64,000 nucleotides of DNA. Origin: Auanema rhodensis. Its lineage: Eukaryota; Animalia; Nematoda. Each line of letters starts with the position of its first letter. The first letter of the stretch is position 1. Positions 41,601 to 54,200 of this stretch are shown one piece after another. The position numbers were made by a program, and so were the translations under genes. The stretch lies in the NCBI GenBank assembly GCA_964057225.1, contig OZ059895.1, positions 17,360,001-17,424,000 on the forward strand, written 5' to 3'. A model generated the notes under the pieces. It worked only from the letters and a program-made list of their open reading frames with translations, was not told the origin of the DNA and did not search any database.

Positions 41601-44600
41601 AGGTCGCTGGTTCGATTCCAGCATGAGGCATCGTTTTAGACTTCTTCAAACTATTTTGAAGATTAATTCGTGCTTCTTGAAGCTTTTACTTCAGGTTACA
41701 TCTTCTCTTATTCATTCGAATGAAATATTTTACTTCAATACGGAGCAGTATTGTTAAAAGTTACAAAGTGATTACTATCGACAAATGAAAACAACTTATC
41801 AAGCCTCATTGGCTCAGGGGCAGAGCGTCTGTCTAGTCGATTCCAGCATGAGGCATCGTTTTAGACTTTCTCAAACTATTTTTAGGATTCATTCGTGCTT
41901 CTCAAAGCTTTTACTTCAGGTTACATCTTCTCTTATTCATTCGAATGAAATATTTTACTTCAATACGGAGCAGTATTGTTAAAAGTGACAAAGTGATTAT
42001 TATCGACAAATGAAAACAACTTATCAAGCCTCATTGGCTCAGGGGCAGAGCGTCTGTCTAGTAAACAGAAGGTCGCTGGTTCGATTCCAGCATGAGGCAT
42101 CGTTTTAGACTTTTTCAAAATATTTTGAAGATTAATTCGTGCTTCTTGAAGCTTTTACTTCAGGTTACATCTTCTCTTATTCATTCAAATGAAATGTTTC
42201 AATTGAATATGTAAACGCATTGTTGAAAGTGACTAAGAGATTATAATCGAGAAATGAGAATAACTTTTTAAGCCTCATTGGCTCAGGGGCAGAGCGTCTG
42301 TCTAGTAAACAGAAGGTCGCTGGTTCGATTCCAGCATGAGGCATCGTTTTAGACTTTTTCAAAATATTTTGAAGATTAATTCGTGCTTCTTGAAGCTTTT
42401 ACATCAGGTTACATCTTCTCTTATTCATTCGAATGAAATATTTTACTTCAATACGGAGCAGTATTGTTAAAAGTGACAAAGTGATTATTATCGACAAATG
42501 AAAACAACTTATCAAGCCTCATTGGCTCAGGGGCAGAGCGTCTGTCTAGTAAACAGAAGGTCGCTGGTTCGATTCCAGCATGAGGCATCGTTTTAGACTT
42601 CTTCAAACTATTTTGAGGATTAATTCGTGCTTCTTGAAGCTTTTACTTCAGGTTACATCTTCTCTTATTCATTCGAATGAAATATTTTACTTCAATACGG
42701 AGCAGTATTGTTAAAAGTGACAAAGTGATTATTATCGACAAATGAAAACAACTTATCAAGCCTCATTGGCTCAGGGGCAGAGCGTCTGTCTAGTAAACAG
42801 AAGGTCGCTGGTTCGATTCCAGCATGAGGCATCGTTTTAGACTTTTTCAAACTATTTTGAGGATTAAATCGTGCTTCTTGAAGCTTTTACTTCAGGTTAC
42901 ATCTTCTCTTATTCATTCGAATGAAATATTTTACTTCAACACGGAGCAGTATTGTTAAAAGTGACAAAGTGATTTATATCGACAAATGAAAACAACTTAT
43001 CAAGCCTCATTGGCTCAGGAGCAGAGCGTCTGTCTAGTCGATTCCAGCATGAGGCATCGTTTTAGACTTTCTCAAACTATTTTTAGGATTCATTCGTGCT
43101 TCTCAAAGCTTTTACTTCAGGTTACATCTTCTCTTATTCATTCGAATGAAATATTTTACTTCAATACGGAGCAGTATTGTTAAAAGTGACAAAGTGATTA
43201 TTATCGACAAATGAAAACAACTTATCAAGCCTCATTGGCTCAGGGGCAGAGCGTCTGTCTAGTAAACAGAAGGTCGCTGGTTCGATTCCAGCATGAGGCA
43301 TCGTTTTAGACTTTTTCAAAATATTTTGAAGATTAATTCGTGCTTCTTGAAGCTTTTACTTCAGGTTACATCTTCTCTTATTCATTCAAATGAAATGTTT
43401 TACTTCAACACGGAGCAGTATTGTTAAAAGTGACAAAGTGATTGTTATCGACAAATGAAAATAACTTATCAAGCCTCATTGGCTCAGGGGCAGAGCGTCT
43501 GTCTAGTCGATTCCAGCATGAGGCATCGTTTTAGACTTCTTCAAACTATTTTGAGGATTAATTCGTGCTTCTTGAAGCTTTTACTTCAGGTTACATCTTC
43601 TCTTATTCATTCGAATGAAATATTTTACTTCAATACGGAGCAGTATTGTTAAAAGTGACAAAGTGATTATTATCGACAAATGAAAACAACTTATCAAGCC
43701 TCATTGGCTCAGGGGCAGAGCGTCTGTCTAGTAAACAGAAGGTCGCTGGTTCGATTCCAGCATGAGGCATCGTTTTAGACTTTTTCAAACTATTTTGAGG
43801 ATTAATTCGTGCTTCTTGAAGCTTTTACTTCAGGTTACATCTTCTGTTATTCATTCGAATGAAATATTTTACTTCAATACGGAGCAGTATTGTTAAAAGT
43901 GACTAAGAGATTATAATAGAGAAATGAGAATAACTTATCAAGCCTCATTGGCTCAGGGGCAGAGCGTCTGTCTAGTAAACAGAAGGTCGCTGGTTCGATT
44001 CCAGCATGAGGCATCGTTTTAGACTTTTTCAAAATATTTTGAAGATTAATTCGTGCTTCTTGAAGCTTTTACTTCAGGTTACATCTTCTCTTATTCATTC
44101 GAATGAAATATTTTACTTCAATACGGAGCAGTATTGTTAAAAGTGACAAAGTGATTATTATCGACAAATGAAAACAACTTATCAAGCCTCATTGGCTCAG
44201 GGGCAGAGCGTCTGTCTAGTCGATTCCAGTATGAGGCATTGTTTTAGACTTTCTCAAACTATTTTGAGGATTAAATCGTGCTTCTCGAAGCTTTTACTTC
44301 AGGTTACATCTTCTCTTATTCATTCAAATGAATTGTTTCAATTGAATATGTAAACGCATTGTTGAAAGTGACTAAGAGATTATAATAGAGAAATGAGAAT
44401 AACTTATCAAGCCTCATTGGCTCAGGGGCAGAGCGTCTGTCTAGTAAACAGAAGGTCGCTGGTTCGATTCCAGCATGAGGCATCGTTTTAGACTTTTTCA
44501 AACTATTTTGAGGATTAATTCGTGCTTCTTGAAGCTTTTACTTCAGGTTACATCTTCTCTTATTCATTCGAATGAAATATTTTACTTCAATACGGAGCAG

Positions 44601-46955
44601 TATTGTTAAAAGTGACAAAGTGATTATTATCGACAAATGAAAACAACTTATCAAGCCTCATTGGCTCAGGGGCAGAGCGTCTGTCTAGTCGATTCCAGCA
44701 TGAGGCATCGTTTTAGACTTTCTCAAACTATTTTGAGGATTAATTCGTGCTTCTCGAAGCTTTTACTTCAGGTTACATCTTCTCTTATTCATTCAAATGA
44801 ATTGTTTCAATTGAATATGTAAACGCATTGTTGAAAGTGACTAAGAGATTATAATCGAGAAATGAGAATAACTTTTTAAGCCTCATTGGCTCAGGGGCAG
44901 AGCGTCTGTCTAGTAAACAGAAGGTCGCTGGTTCGATTCCAGCATGAGGCATCGTTTTAGACTTTTTCAAACTATTTTGAGGATTAATTCGTGCTTCTCG
45001 AAGCTTTTACTTCAGGTTACATCTTCTCTTATTCATTCAAATGAATTGTTTCAATTGAATATGTAAACGCATTGTTGAAAGTGACTAAGAGATTATAATC
45101 GAGAAATGAGAATAACTTTTTAAGCCTCATTGGCTCAGGGGCAGAGCGTCTGTCTAGTAAACAGAAGGTCGCTGGTTCGATTCCAGCATGAGGCATCGTT
45201 TTAGACTTTTTCAAAATATTTTGAAGATTAATTCGTGCTTCTTGAAGCTTTTACTTCAGGTTACATCTTCTCTTATTCATTCGAATGAAATATTTTACTT
45301 CAATACGGAGCAGTATTGTTAAAAGTGACAAAGTGATTATTATCGACAAATGAAAACAACTTATCAAGCCTCATTGGCTCAGGGGCAGAGCGTCTGTCTA
45401 GTAAACAGAAGGTCGCTGGTTCGATTCCAGCATGAGGCATCGTTTTAGACTTCTTCAAACTATTTTTAGGATTCATTCGTGCTTCTCGAAGCTTTTACTT
45501 CAGGTTACATCTTCTCTTATTCATTCAAATGAATTGTTTCAATTGAATATGTAAACGCATTGTTGAAAGTGACTAAGAGATTATAATCGAGAAATGAGAA
45601 TAACTTTTCAAGCCTCATTGGCTCAGGGGCAGAGCGTCTGTCTAGTAAACAGAAGGTCGCTGGTTCGATTCCAGCATGAGGCATCGTTTTAGACTTTCTC
45701 AAACTATTTTTAGGATTCATTCGTGCTTCTCGAAGCTTTTACTTCAGGTTACATCTTCTCTTATTCATTCAAATGAATTGTTTCAATTGAATATGTAAAC
45801 GCATTGTTGAAAGTGACTAAGAGATTATAATCGAGAAATGAGAATAACTTTTTAAGCCTCATTGGCTCAGGGGCAGAGCGTCTGTCTAGTAAACAGTAGG
45901 TCGCTGGTTTGATTCCAGCATGAGGCATCGTTTTAGACTTTTTCAAAATATTTTGAAGATTAATTCGTGCTTCTTGAAGCTTTTACTTCAGGTTACATCT
46001 TCTCTTATTCATTCGAATGAAATATTTTACTTCAATCCGGAGCAGTATTGTTAAAAGTGACAAAGTGATTATTATCGACAAATGAAAACAACTTATCAAG
46101 CCTCATTGGCTCAGGGGCAGAGCGTCTGTCTAGTCGATACCAGCATGAGGCATTGTTTTAGACTTTCTCAAACTATTTTGAGGATTAAATCGTGCTTCTC
46201 GAAGCTTTTACTTCAGGTTACATCTTCTCTTATTCATTCAAATGAATTGTTTCGATTGAATATGTAAACGCATTGTTGAAAGTGACTAAGAGATTATAAT
46301 CGAGAAATGAAAATAACTTTTTAAGCCTCATTGGCTCAGGGGCAGAGCGTCTGTCTAGTAAACAGAAGGTCGCTGGTTCGATTCCAGCATGAGGCATCTT
46401 TTTAGACTTTCTCAAACTATTTTTAGGATTCATTCGTGCTTCTCGAAGCATTTACTTCAGGTTACATCTTCTCTTATTCATTCGAATGAAATATTTTACT
46501 TCAATACGGAGCAGTATTGTTAAAAGTGACAAAGTGATTATTATCGACAAATGAAAACAACTTATCAAGCCTCATTGGCTCAGGGGCAGAGCGTCTGTCT
46601 AGTAAACAGAAGGTCGCTGGTTCGATTCCAGCATGAGGCATCGTTTTAGACTTTTTCAAACTATTTTGAGGATTAATTCGTGCTTCTTGAAGCTTTTACT
46701 TCAGGTTACATCTTCTCTTATTCATTCGAATGAAATATTTTACTTCAATACGGAGCAGTATTGTTAAAAGTGACAAAGTGATTATTATCGACAAATGAAA
46801 ACAACTTATCAAGCCTCATTGGCTCAGGGGCAGAGCGTCTGTCTAGTAAACAGAAGGTCGCTGGTTCGATTCCAGCATGAGGCATCGTTTTAGACTTTTT
46901 CAAACTATTTTGAGGATTAATTCGTGCTTCTTGAAGCTTTTACTTCAGGTTACAT
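35621..46955 (+). repeat. Tandem tRNA-Thr(AGT) array, segment 4
   Basis: Same units; 713-bp and 2646-bp higher-order repeats. Confidence 0.97.
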
Positions 46956-48268
46956 CGTTCCATTCGGAAATCAATACGTAGCAGGCGGGTTAGAATCAGA
47001 CGACATGAGGCTGAGAGAGGACGACACGCCCTTCATATGGAACACAGACTTCAGCTTTGCCTTATGGAATGACTATGGATGGTTGGTCTTCCTTTCTTAG
47101 CTCTCTTTCACTTTATATCTTTATGTAGACTTATATAACTTATTGTAATCATGTAGACAAAATAAACCTTTCTTTCTCGAGTCTTATGTTTACCCATTAT
47201 GCTCTTTATCTACCGCTACATCTGGAATACTATCACACTCATCTTGTAGGCTTTATTGGTCTATAGGATCGACGTGAGAGCATAACGGAACGTGGAGGTT
47301 CCACCTCGAACATTTTATCTTGATTTCTTGACTATTTTCTCTTATATTTCGTTATTTTCAATATTTCATTGAATCTGAATTCTCTTTTATCTCTAAACCA
47401 TCTACTCCATGTCTTAACACAATACGGTGGGGCCAACAACGTTTAAAAGGGAACAGATGCAAGGACCACTCCTTTTGGAGATGGATATTTTATATTTTTT
47501 GAAACTGAAGTTATATTTTCCCGTTTGTTCACAATTTTCTGTCTGTCTGAACCCAACAATTTTTATACCCTTGCTGTTAACATCGATTACTCTGTTACCC
47601 GAACTCGAAGCATTTTTGAGGACCCTAGGATGAATTAGTGAACAAATTCACCTAAGGATATTTTTATTGAGATTTATGCCCACACTTTCTCCTTTTAAGG
47701 ATTGATTTTGGCTTCGAGGAAAGAATAGCCACGGTTATTTCTTTATTTTTGTGGATGAAACAATTTTGTGCACCAAATTGAGTTTATTTCATATTTTGCG
47801 ATCCGAACTATTTTATTTTGCGTTACATTTCTGTTCAGACAACTTTTTGCCATTAACATCCAAAAATATTTTGATAACGCATTGAATTTACACGGGAAAC
47901 CTCACCTAAATGGGAGGAATATTATGAAAATTGGAATTTAAGATCGCTATAGTCCGAAAAATCCTGTACAATTTTACGAACTGAATTATTATTAGTGATT
48001 GTCTATCAGGTCGTGTTGCACAGACTTCAGCTTTGCCTTATGGAATGACTATGGATGGTTGGTCTTCCTTTCTTAGCTCTCTTTCACTTTATATCTTTAT
48101 GTAGACTTATATAACTTATTGTAATCATGTAGACAAAATAAACCTTTCTTTCTCGAGTCTTATGTTTACCCATTATGCTCTTTATCTACCGCTACATCTG
48201 GAATACTATCACACTCATCTTGTAGGCTTTATTGGTCTATAGGATCGACGTGAGAGCATAACGGAACG
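46956..48268 (+). mobile_element. E3: internally deleted E1-family element (1,313 bp), non-coding
   Basis: Full 5' LTR 46956-47292, PBS 47293-47305 and leader to 48018, fused to a 3' LTR (48019-48268) lacking its first 87 nt. TSD ACAT (46952-46955, 48269-48272). Confidence 0.95.
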
Positions 48269-51200
48269 ACATCTTCTCTTATTCATTCGAATGAAATATT
48301 TTACTTCAATACGAAGCAGTATTGTTAAAAGTGACAAAGTGATTATTATCGACAAATGAAAACAACTTATCAAGCCTCATTGGCTCAGGGGCAGAGCGTC
48401 TGTCTAGTCGATTCCAGCATGAGGCATCGTTTTAGACTTTCTCAAACTATTTTGAGGATTAATTCGTGCTTCTCGAAGCTTTTACTTCAGGTTACATCTT
48501 CTCTTATTCATTCAAATGAATTGTTTCAATTGAATATGTAAACGCATTGTTGAAAGTGACTAAGAGATTATTATCGACAAATGAAAACAACTTATCAAGC
48601 CTCATTGGCTCAGGGGCAGAGCGTCTGTCTAGTAAACAGAAGGTCGCTGGTTCGATTCCAGCATGAGGCATCGTTTTAGACTTTTTCAAACTATTTTGAG
48701 GATTAATTCGTGCTTCTTGAAGCTTTTACTTCAGGTTACATCTTCTCTTATTCATTCGAATGAAATATTTTACTTCAATACGGAGCAGTATTGTTAAAAG
48801 TGACAAAGTGATTATTATCGAGAAATGAGAATAACTTTTTAAGCCTCATTGGCTCAGGGGCAGAGCGTCTGTCTAGTAAACATTCCAGCATGAGGCATCT
48901 TTTTAGACTTTCTCAAACTATTTTTAGGATTCATTCGTGCTTCTCGAAGCTTTTACTTCAGGTTACATCTTCTCTTATTCATTCAAATGAATTGTTTCAA
49001 TTGAATATGTAAACGCATTGTTGAAAGTGACTAAGAGATTATAATCGAGAAATGAAAACAACTTATCAAGCCTCATTGGCTCAGGGGCAGAGCGTCTGTC
49101 TAGTAAACAGAAGGTCGCTGGTTCGATTCCAGCATGAGGCATCGTTTTAGACTTTTTCAAACTATTTTGAGGATTAATTCGTGCTTCTTGAAGCTTTTAC
49201 TTCAGGTTACATCTTCTCTTATTCATTCGAATGAAATATTTTACTTCAATACGGAGCAGTATTGTTAAAAGTGACAAAGTGATTATTATCGAGAAATGAG
49301 AATAACTTTTTAAGCCTCATTGGCTCAGGGGCAGAGCGTCTGTCTAGTAAACAGAAGGTCGCTGGTTCGATTCCAGCATGAGGCATCGTTTTAGACTTTT
49401 TCAAACTATTTTGAGGATTAATTCGTGCTTCTTGAAGCTTTTACTTCAGGTTACATCTTCTCTTATTCATTCGAATGAAATATTTTACTTCAATACGGAG
49501 CAGTATTGTTAAAAGTGACAAAGTGATTATTATCGAGAAATGAGAATAACTTTTTAAGCCTCATTGGCTCAGGGGCAGAGCGTCTGTCTAGTAAACAGAA
49601 GGTCGCTGGTTCGATTCCAGCATGAGGCATCGTTTTAGACTTTTTCAAACTATTTTGAGGATTAATTCGTGCTTCTTGAAGCTTTTACTTCAGGTTACAT
49701 CTTCTCTTATTCATTCGAATGAAATATTTTACTTCAATACGGAGCAGTATTGTTAAAAGTGACAAAGTGATTATTATCGACAAATGAAAACAACTTATCA
49801 AGCCTCATTGGCTCAGGGGCAGAGCGTCTGTCTAGTAAACAGAAGGTCGCTGGTTCGATTCCAGCATGAGGCATCGTTTTAGACTTTTTCAAACTATTTT
49901 GAGGATTAATTCGTGCTTCTTGAAGCTTTTACTTCAGGTTACATCTTCTCTTATTCATTCGAATGAAATATTTTACTTCAATACGAAGCAGTATTGTTAA
50001 AAGTGACAAAGTGATTATTATCGACAAAAGAAAACAACTTATCAAGCCTCATTGGCTCAGGGGCAGAGCGTCTGTCTAGTCGATTCCAGCATGAGGCATC
50101 GTTTTAGACTTTCTCAAACTATTTTGAGGATTAATTCGTGCTTCTCGAAGCTTTTACTTCAGGTTACATCTTCTCTTATTCATTCAAATGAATTGTTTCA
50201 ATTGAATATGTAAACGCATTGTTGAAAGTGACTAAGAGATTATAATCGAGAAATGAGAATAACTTTTTAAGCCTCATTGGCTCAGGGGCAGAGCGTCTGT
50301 CTAGTAAACAGAAGGTCGCTGGTTCGATTCCAGCATGAGGCATCGTTTTAGACTTTTTCAAAATATTTTGAAGATTAATTCGTGCTTCTTGAAGCTTTTA
50401 CTTCAGGTTACATCTTCTCTTATTCATTCGAATGAAATATTTTACTTCAATACGGAGCAGTATTGTTAAAAGTGACAAAGTGATTATTATCGACAAATGA
50501 AAACAACTTATCAAGCCTCATTGGCTCAGGGGCAGAGCGTCTGTCTAGTCGATTCCAGCATGAGGCATTGTTTTAGACTTTCTCAAACTATTTTGAGGAT
50601 TAAATCGTGCTTCTCGAAGCTTTTACTTCAGGTTACATCTTCTCTTATTCATTCAAATGAATTGTTTCAATTGAATATGTAAACGCATTGTTGAAAGTGA
50701 CTAAGAGATTATAATCGAGAAATGAAAATAACTTTTTAAGCCTCATTGGCTCAGGGGCAGAGCGTCTGTCTAGTAAACAGAAGGTCGCTGGTTCGATTCC
50801 AGCATGAGGCATCTTTTTAGACTTTCTCAAACTATTTTTAGGATTCATTCGTGCTTCTCGAAGCTTTTACTTCAGGTTACATCTTCTCTTATTCATTCGA
50901 ATGAAATATTTTACTTCAATACGGAGCAGTATTGTTAAAAGTGACAAAGTGATTATTATCGACAAATGAAAACAACTTATCAAGCCTCATTGGCTCAGGG
51001 GCAGAGCGTCTGTCTAGTAAACAGAAGGTCGCTGGTTCGATTCCAGCATGAGGCATCGTTTTAGACTTTTTCAAACTATTTTGAGGATTAATTCGTGCTT
51101 CTTGAAGCTTTTACTTCAGGTTACATCTTCTCTTATTCATTCGAATGAAATATTTTACTTCAATACGGAGCAGTATTGTTAAAAGTGACAAAGTGATTAT

Positions 51201-54200
51201 TATCGAGAAATGAAAACAACTTATCAAGCCTCATTGGCTCAGGGGCAGAGCGTCTGTCTAGTAAACAGAAGGTCGCTGGTTCGATTCCAGCATGAGGCAT
51301 CGTTTTAGACTTTTTCAAACTATTTTGAGGATTAATTCGTGCTTCTTGAAGCTTTTACTTCAGGTTACATCTTCTCTTATTCATTCGAATGAAATATTTT
51401 ACTTCAATACGGAGCAGTATTGTTAAAAGTGACAAAGTGATTATTATCGACAAATGAAAACAACTTATCAAGCCTCATTGGCTCAGGGGCAGAGCGTCTG
51501 TATAGTCGATTCCAGCATGAGACATCGTTTTAGACTTTCTCAAACTATTTTGAGGATTAATTCGTGCTTCTCGAAGCTTTTACTTCAGGTTACATCTTCT
51601 CTTATTCATTCAAATGAATTGTTTCAATTGAATATGTAAACGCATTGTTGAAAGTGACTAAGAGATTATAATCGAGAAATGAGAATAACTTTTTAAGCCT
51701 CATTGGCTCAGGGGCAGAGCGTCTGTCTAGTAAACAGAAGGTCGCTGGTTCGATTCCAGCATGAGGCATCGTTTTAGACTTTTTCAAAATATTTCGAAGA
51801 TTAATTCGTGCTTCTTGAAGCTTTTACTTCAGGTTACATCTTCTCTTATTCATTCGAATGAAATATTTTACTTCAATACGGAGCAGTATTGTTAAAAGTG
51901 ACAAAGTGATTATTATCGACAAATGAAAACAACTTATCAAGCCTCATTGGCTCAGGGGCAGAGCGTCTGTCTAGTAAACAGAAGGTCGCTGGTTCGATTC
52001 CAGCATGAGGCATCGTTCTAGACTTTTTCAAACTATTTTGAGGATTAATTCGTGCTTCTCGAAGCTTTTACTTCAGGTTACATCTTCTCTTATTCATTCA
52101 AATGAATTGTTTCAATTGAATATGTAAACGCATTGTTGAAAGTGACTAAGAGATTATAATCGAGAAATGAGAATAACTTTTTAAGCCTCATTGGCTCAGG
52201 GGCAGAGCGTCTGTCTAGTAAACAGTAGGTCGCTGGTTTGATTCCAGCATGAGGCATCGTTTTAGACTTCTTCAAACTATTTTGAGGATTAATTCGTGCT
52301 TCTTGAAGCTTTTACTTCAGGTTACATCTTCTGTTATTCATTCGAATGAAATATTTTACTTCAATACGGAGCAGTATTGTTAAAAGTGACTAAGAGATTA
52401 TAATAGAGAAATGAGAATAACTTATCAAGCCTCATTGGCTCAGGGGCAGAGCGTCTGTCTAGTAAACAGAAGGTCGCTGGTTCGATTCCAGCATGAGGCA
52501 TCGTTTTAGACTTTTTCAAACTATTTTGAGGATTAATTCGTGCTTCTTGAAGCTTTTACTTCAGGTTACATCTTCTCTTATTCATTCGAATGAAATATTT
52601 TACTTCAATACGGAGCAGTATTGTTAAAAGTGACAAAGTGATTATTATCGACAAATGAAAACAACTTATCAAGCCTCATTGGCTCAGGGGCAGAGCGTCT
52701 GTCTAGTCGATTCCAGCATGAGGCATCGTTTTAGACTTTCTCAAACTATTTTGAGGATTAATTCGTGCTTCTCGAAGCTTTTACTTCAGGTTACATCTTC
52801 TCTTATTCATTCAAATGAATTGTTTCAATTGAATATGTAAACGCATTGTTGAAAGTGACTAAGAGATTATAATCGAGAAATGAGAATAACTTTTTAAGCC
52901 TCATTGGCTCAGGGGCAGAGCGTCTGTCTAGTAAACAGAAGGTCGCTGGTTCGATTCCAGCATGAGGCATCTTTTTAGACTTTCTCAAACTATTTTTAGG
53001 ATTCATTCGTGCTTCTCGAAGCTTTTACTTCAGGTTACATCTTCTCTTATTCATTCGAATGAAATATTTTACTTCAATACGGAGCAGTATTGTTAAAAGT
53101 GACAAAGTGATTATTATCGACAAATGAAAACAACTTATCAAGCCTCATTGGCTCAGGGGCAGAGCGTCTGTCTAGTAAACAGAAGGTCGCTGGTTCGATT
53201 CCAGCATGAGGCATCGTTTTAGACTTTTTCAAACTATTTTGAGGATTAATTCGTGCTTCTCGAAGCTTTTACTTCAGGTTACATCTTCTCTTATTCATTC
53301 AAATGAAATGTTTCAATTGAATATGTAAACGCATTGTTGAAAGTGACTAAGAGATTATAATCGAGAAATGAGAATAACTTTTTAAGCCTCATTGGCTCAG
53401 GATCAGAGCGTCTGTCTAGTAAACAGAAGGTCGCTGGTTCGATTCCAGCATGAGGCATCGTTTTAGACTTTTTCAAAATATTTTGAAGATTAATTCGTGC
53501 TTCTTGAAGCTTTTACTTCAGGTTACATCTTCTCTTATTCATTCGAATGAAATATTTTACTTCAATACGGAGCAGTATTGTTAAAAGTGACAAAGTGATT
53601 ATTATCGACAAATGAAAACAACTTATCAAGCCTCATTGGCTCAGGGGCAGAGCGTCTGTCTAGTAAACAGAATGTCGCTGGTTCGATTCCAGCATGAGGC
53701 ATCGTTTTAGACTTTTTCAAACTATTTTGAGGATTAATTCGTGCTTCTTGAAGCTTTTACTTCAGGTTACATCTTCTCTTATTCATTCGAATGAAATATT
53801 TTACTTCAATACGGAGCAGTATTGTTAAAAGTGACAAAGTGATTATTATCGAGAAATGAGAATAACTTTTTAAGCCTCATTGGCTCAGGGGCAGAGCGTC
53901 TGTCTAGTAAACAGAAGGTCGCTGGTTCGATTCCAGCATGAGGCATCGTTTTAGACTTTTTCAAACTATTTTGAGGATTAATTCGTGCTTCTTGAAGCTT
54001 TTACTTCAGGTTACATCTTCTCTTATTCATTCGAATAAAATATTTTACTTCAATACGGAGCAGTATTGTTAAAAGTGACAAAGTGATTATTATCGACAAA
54101 TGAAAACAACTTATCAAGCCTCATTGGCTCAGGGGCAGAGCGTCTGTCTAGTCGATTCCAGCATGAGGCATCGTTTTAGACTTTCTCAAACTATTTTGAG

